Source of the DNA: Candidatus Latescibacterota bacterium
GTDB lineage: Bacteria; Latescibacterota; CBDEFO01
DNA: 64,000 nt
Reading direction: 5' to 3'
Assembly (NCBI GenBank): GCA_965237525.1
Contig: CBDEFO010000008.1
Location: 256,001-320,000, forward strand
Below, piece after piece: positions 63,603 through 64,000 of this stretch; within the stretch, counting starts at the first letter, position 1, and every line of letters begins with the position of its first letter. The translations under genes and the position numbers were made by a program. The notes beneath the pieces are model-generated. The model was not told the DNA's origin. It was given only the letters and a program-made list of their open reading frames with translations, and ran no database searches.

Positions 63603-64000
63603 ATGCATAAGACAAACGGACACAAGAAGATCGGACCCGGACGGGCGCACCGCAAGGGCATCAGTATCATCGAGGTATTCGACATGTTCCCCGATGACGC
63701 AGCTGCCGAGTCTTGGTTCGAGGTGCAGCGGTGGCCAGAAGGCCGAATCTGCCCGGACTGCGGATCGCATCTTACCGAAGTTTCCGCCCACCGGGCAATA
63801 CCCTATCGTTGCCGGGAGTGCCGGTCCTTCTTCTCGGTCCGCAAGGGCACCGTCATGGAGAGCAGCAAGCTCGGCCATCGAAAAAAGTGGGCCATCGCCC
63901 TCTACATGATGTCCACGAGCCTCAAGGGCATGTCCAGCATGAAGATCCACCGGGAACTTGGAATCACGCAGAAGACCGCGTGGCACCTCCAGCAGCGTAT
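63603..64000 (+). mobile_element. IS1595-family transposase, 5' part (runs off the window)
   Basis: RWPEG..CP.CG, YRC..C...FSV.KGT.ME.SKL, KG.SS....RELG.TQKTAW; GC shift; GGAGG RBS. Confidence 0.9.

Overview
This is a 64-kb window of a bacterial chromosome. It is probably from an uncultured FCB-superphylum lineage (Latescibacterota/KSB1-like). That is inferred from a PorV-family gene, a 'QNYPNPFNP' FlgD-type C-terminal sorting domain, dockerin/EF-hand and cohesin modules, and an RpiB with a microcompartment-type N-terminus. Intact core genes (gmhA, xerD, ogt, uvrC, mutS, ychF, hemB, prs) sit among cell-envelope, transport and catabolic genes and a sigma-28 flagellar locus (fliC-fliS-fliD-flaG-flgM). 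Mobile DNA is abundant: three copies of one IS1182-like element (two form an inverted composite that splits a glycosyltransferase), an IS3-like element, an ISL3 remnant, an IS1595 start, integron attC-like relics and several short palindromic repeat families. Features the ORF track misses include a CxxU Rdx selenoprotein with a SECIS-like hairpin, a 15-codon leader ORF with alternative structures and GGA hairpins ahead of flagellin, and a Cys-rich gene split by TAA. A ~20-bp CCCCGAT..ATCGGGG palindrome also occurs inside an IS and inside a CDS. About a dozen accessory genes carry nonsense or frameshift lesions while core genes are intact. No tRNA, rRNA or CRISPR array was seen. All family calls are from recognition by eye; no searches were run.
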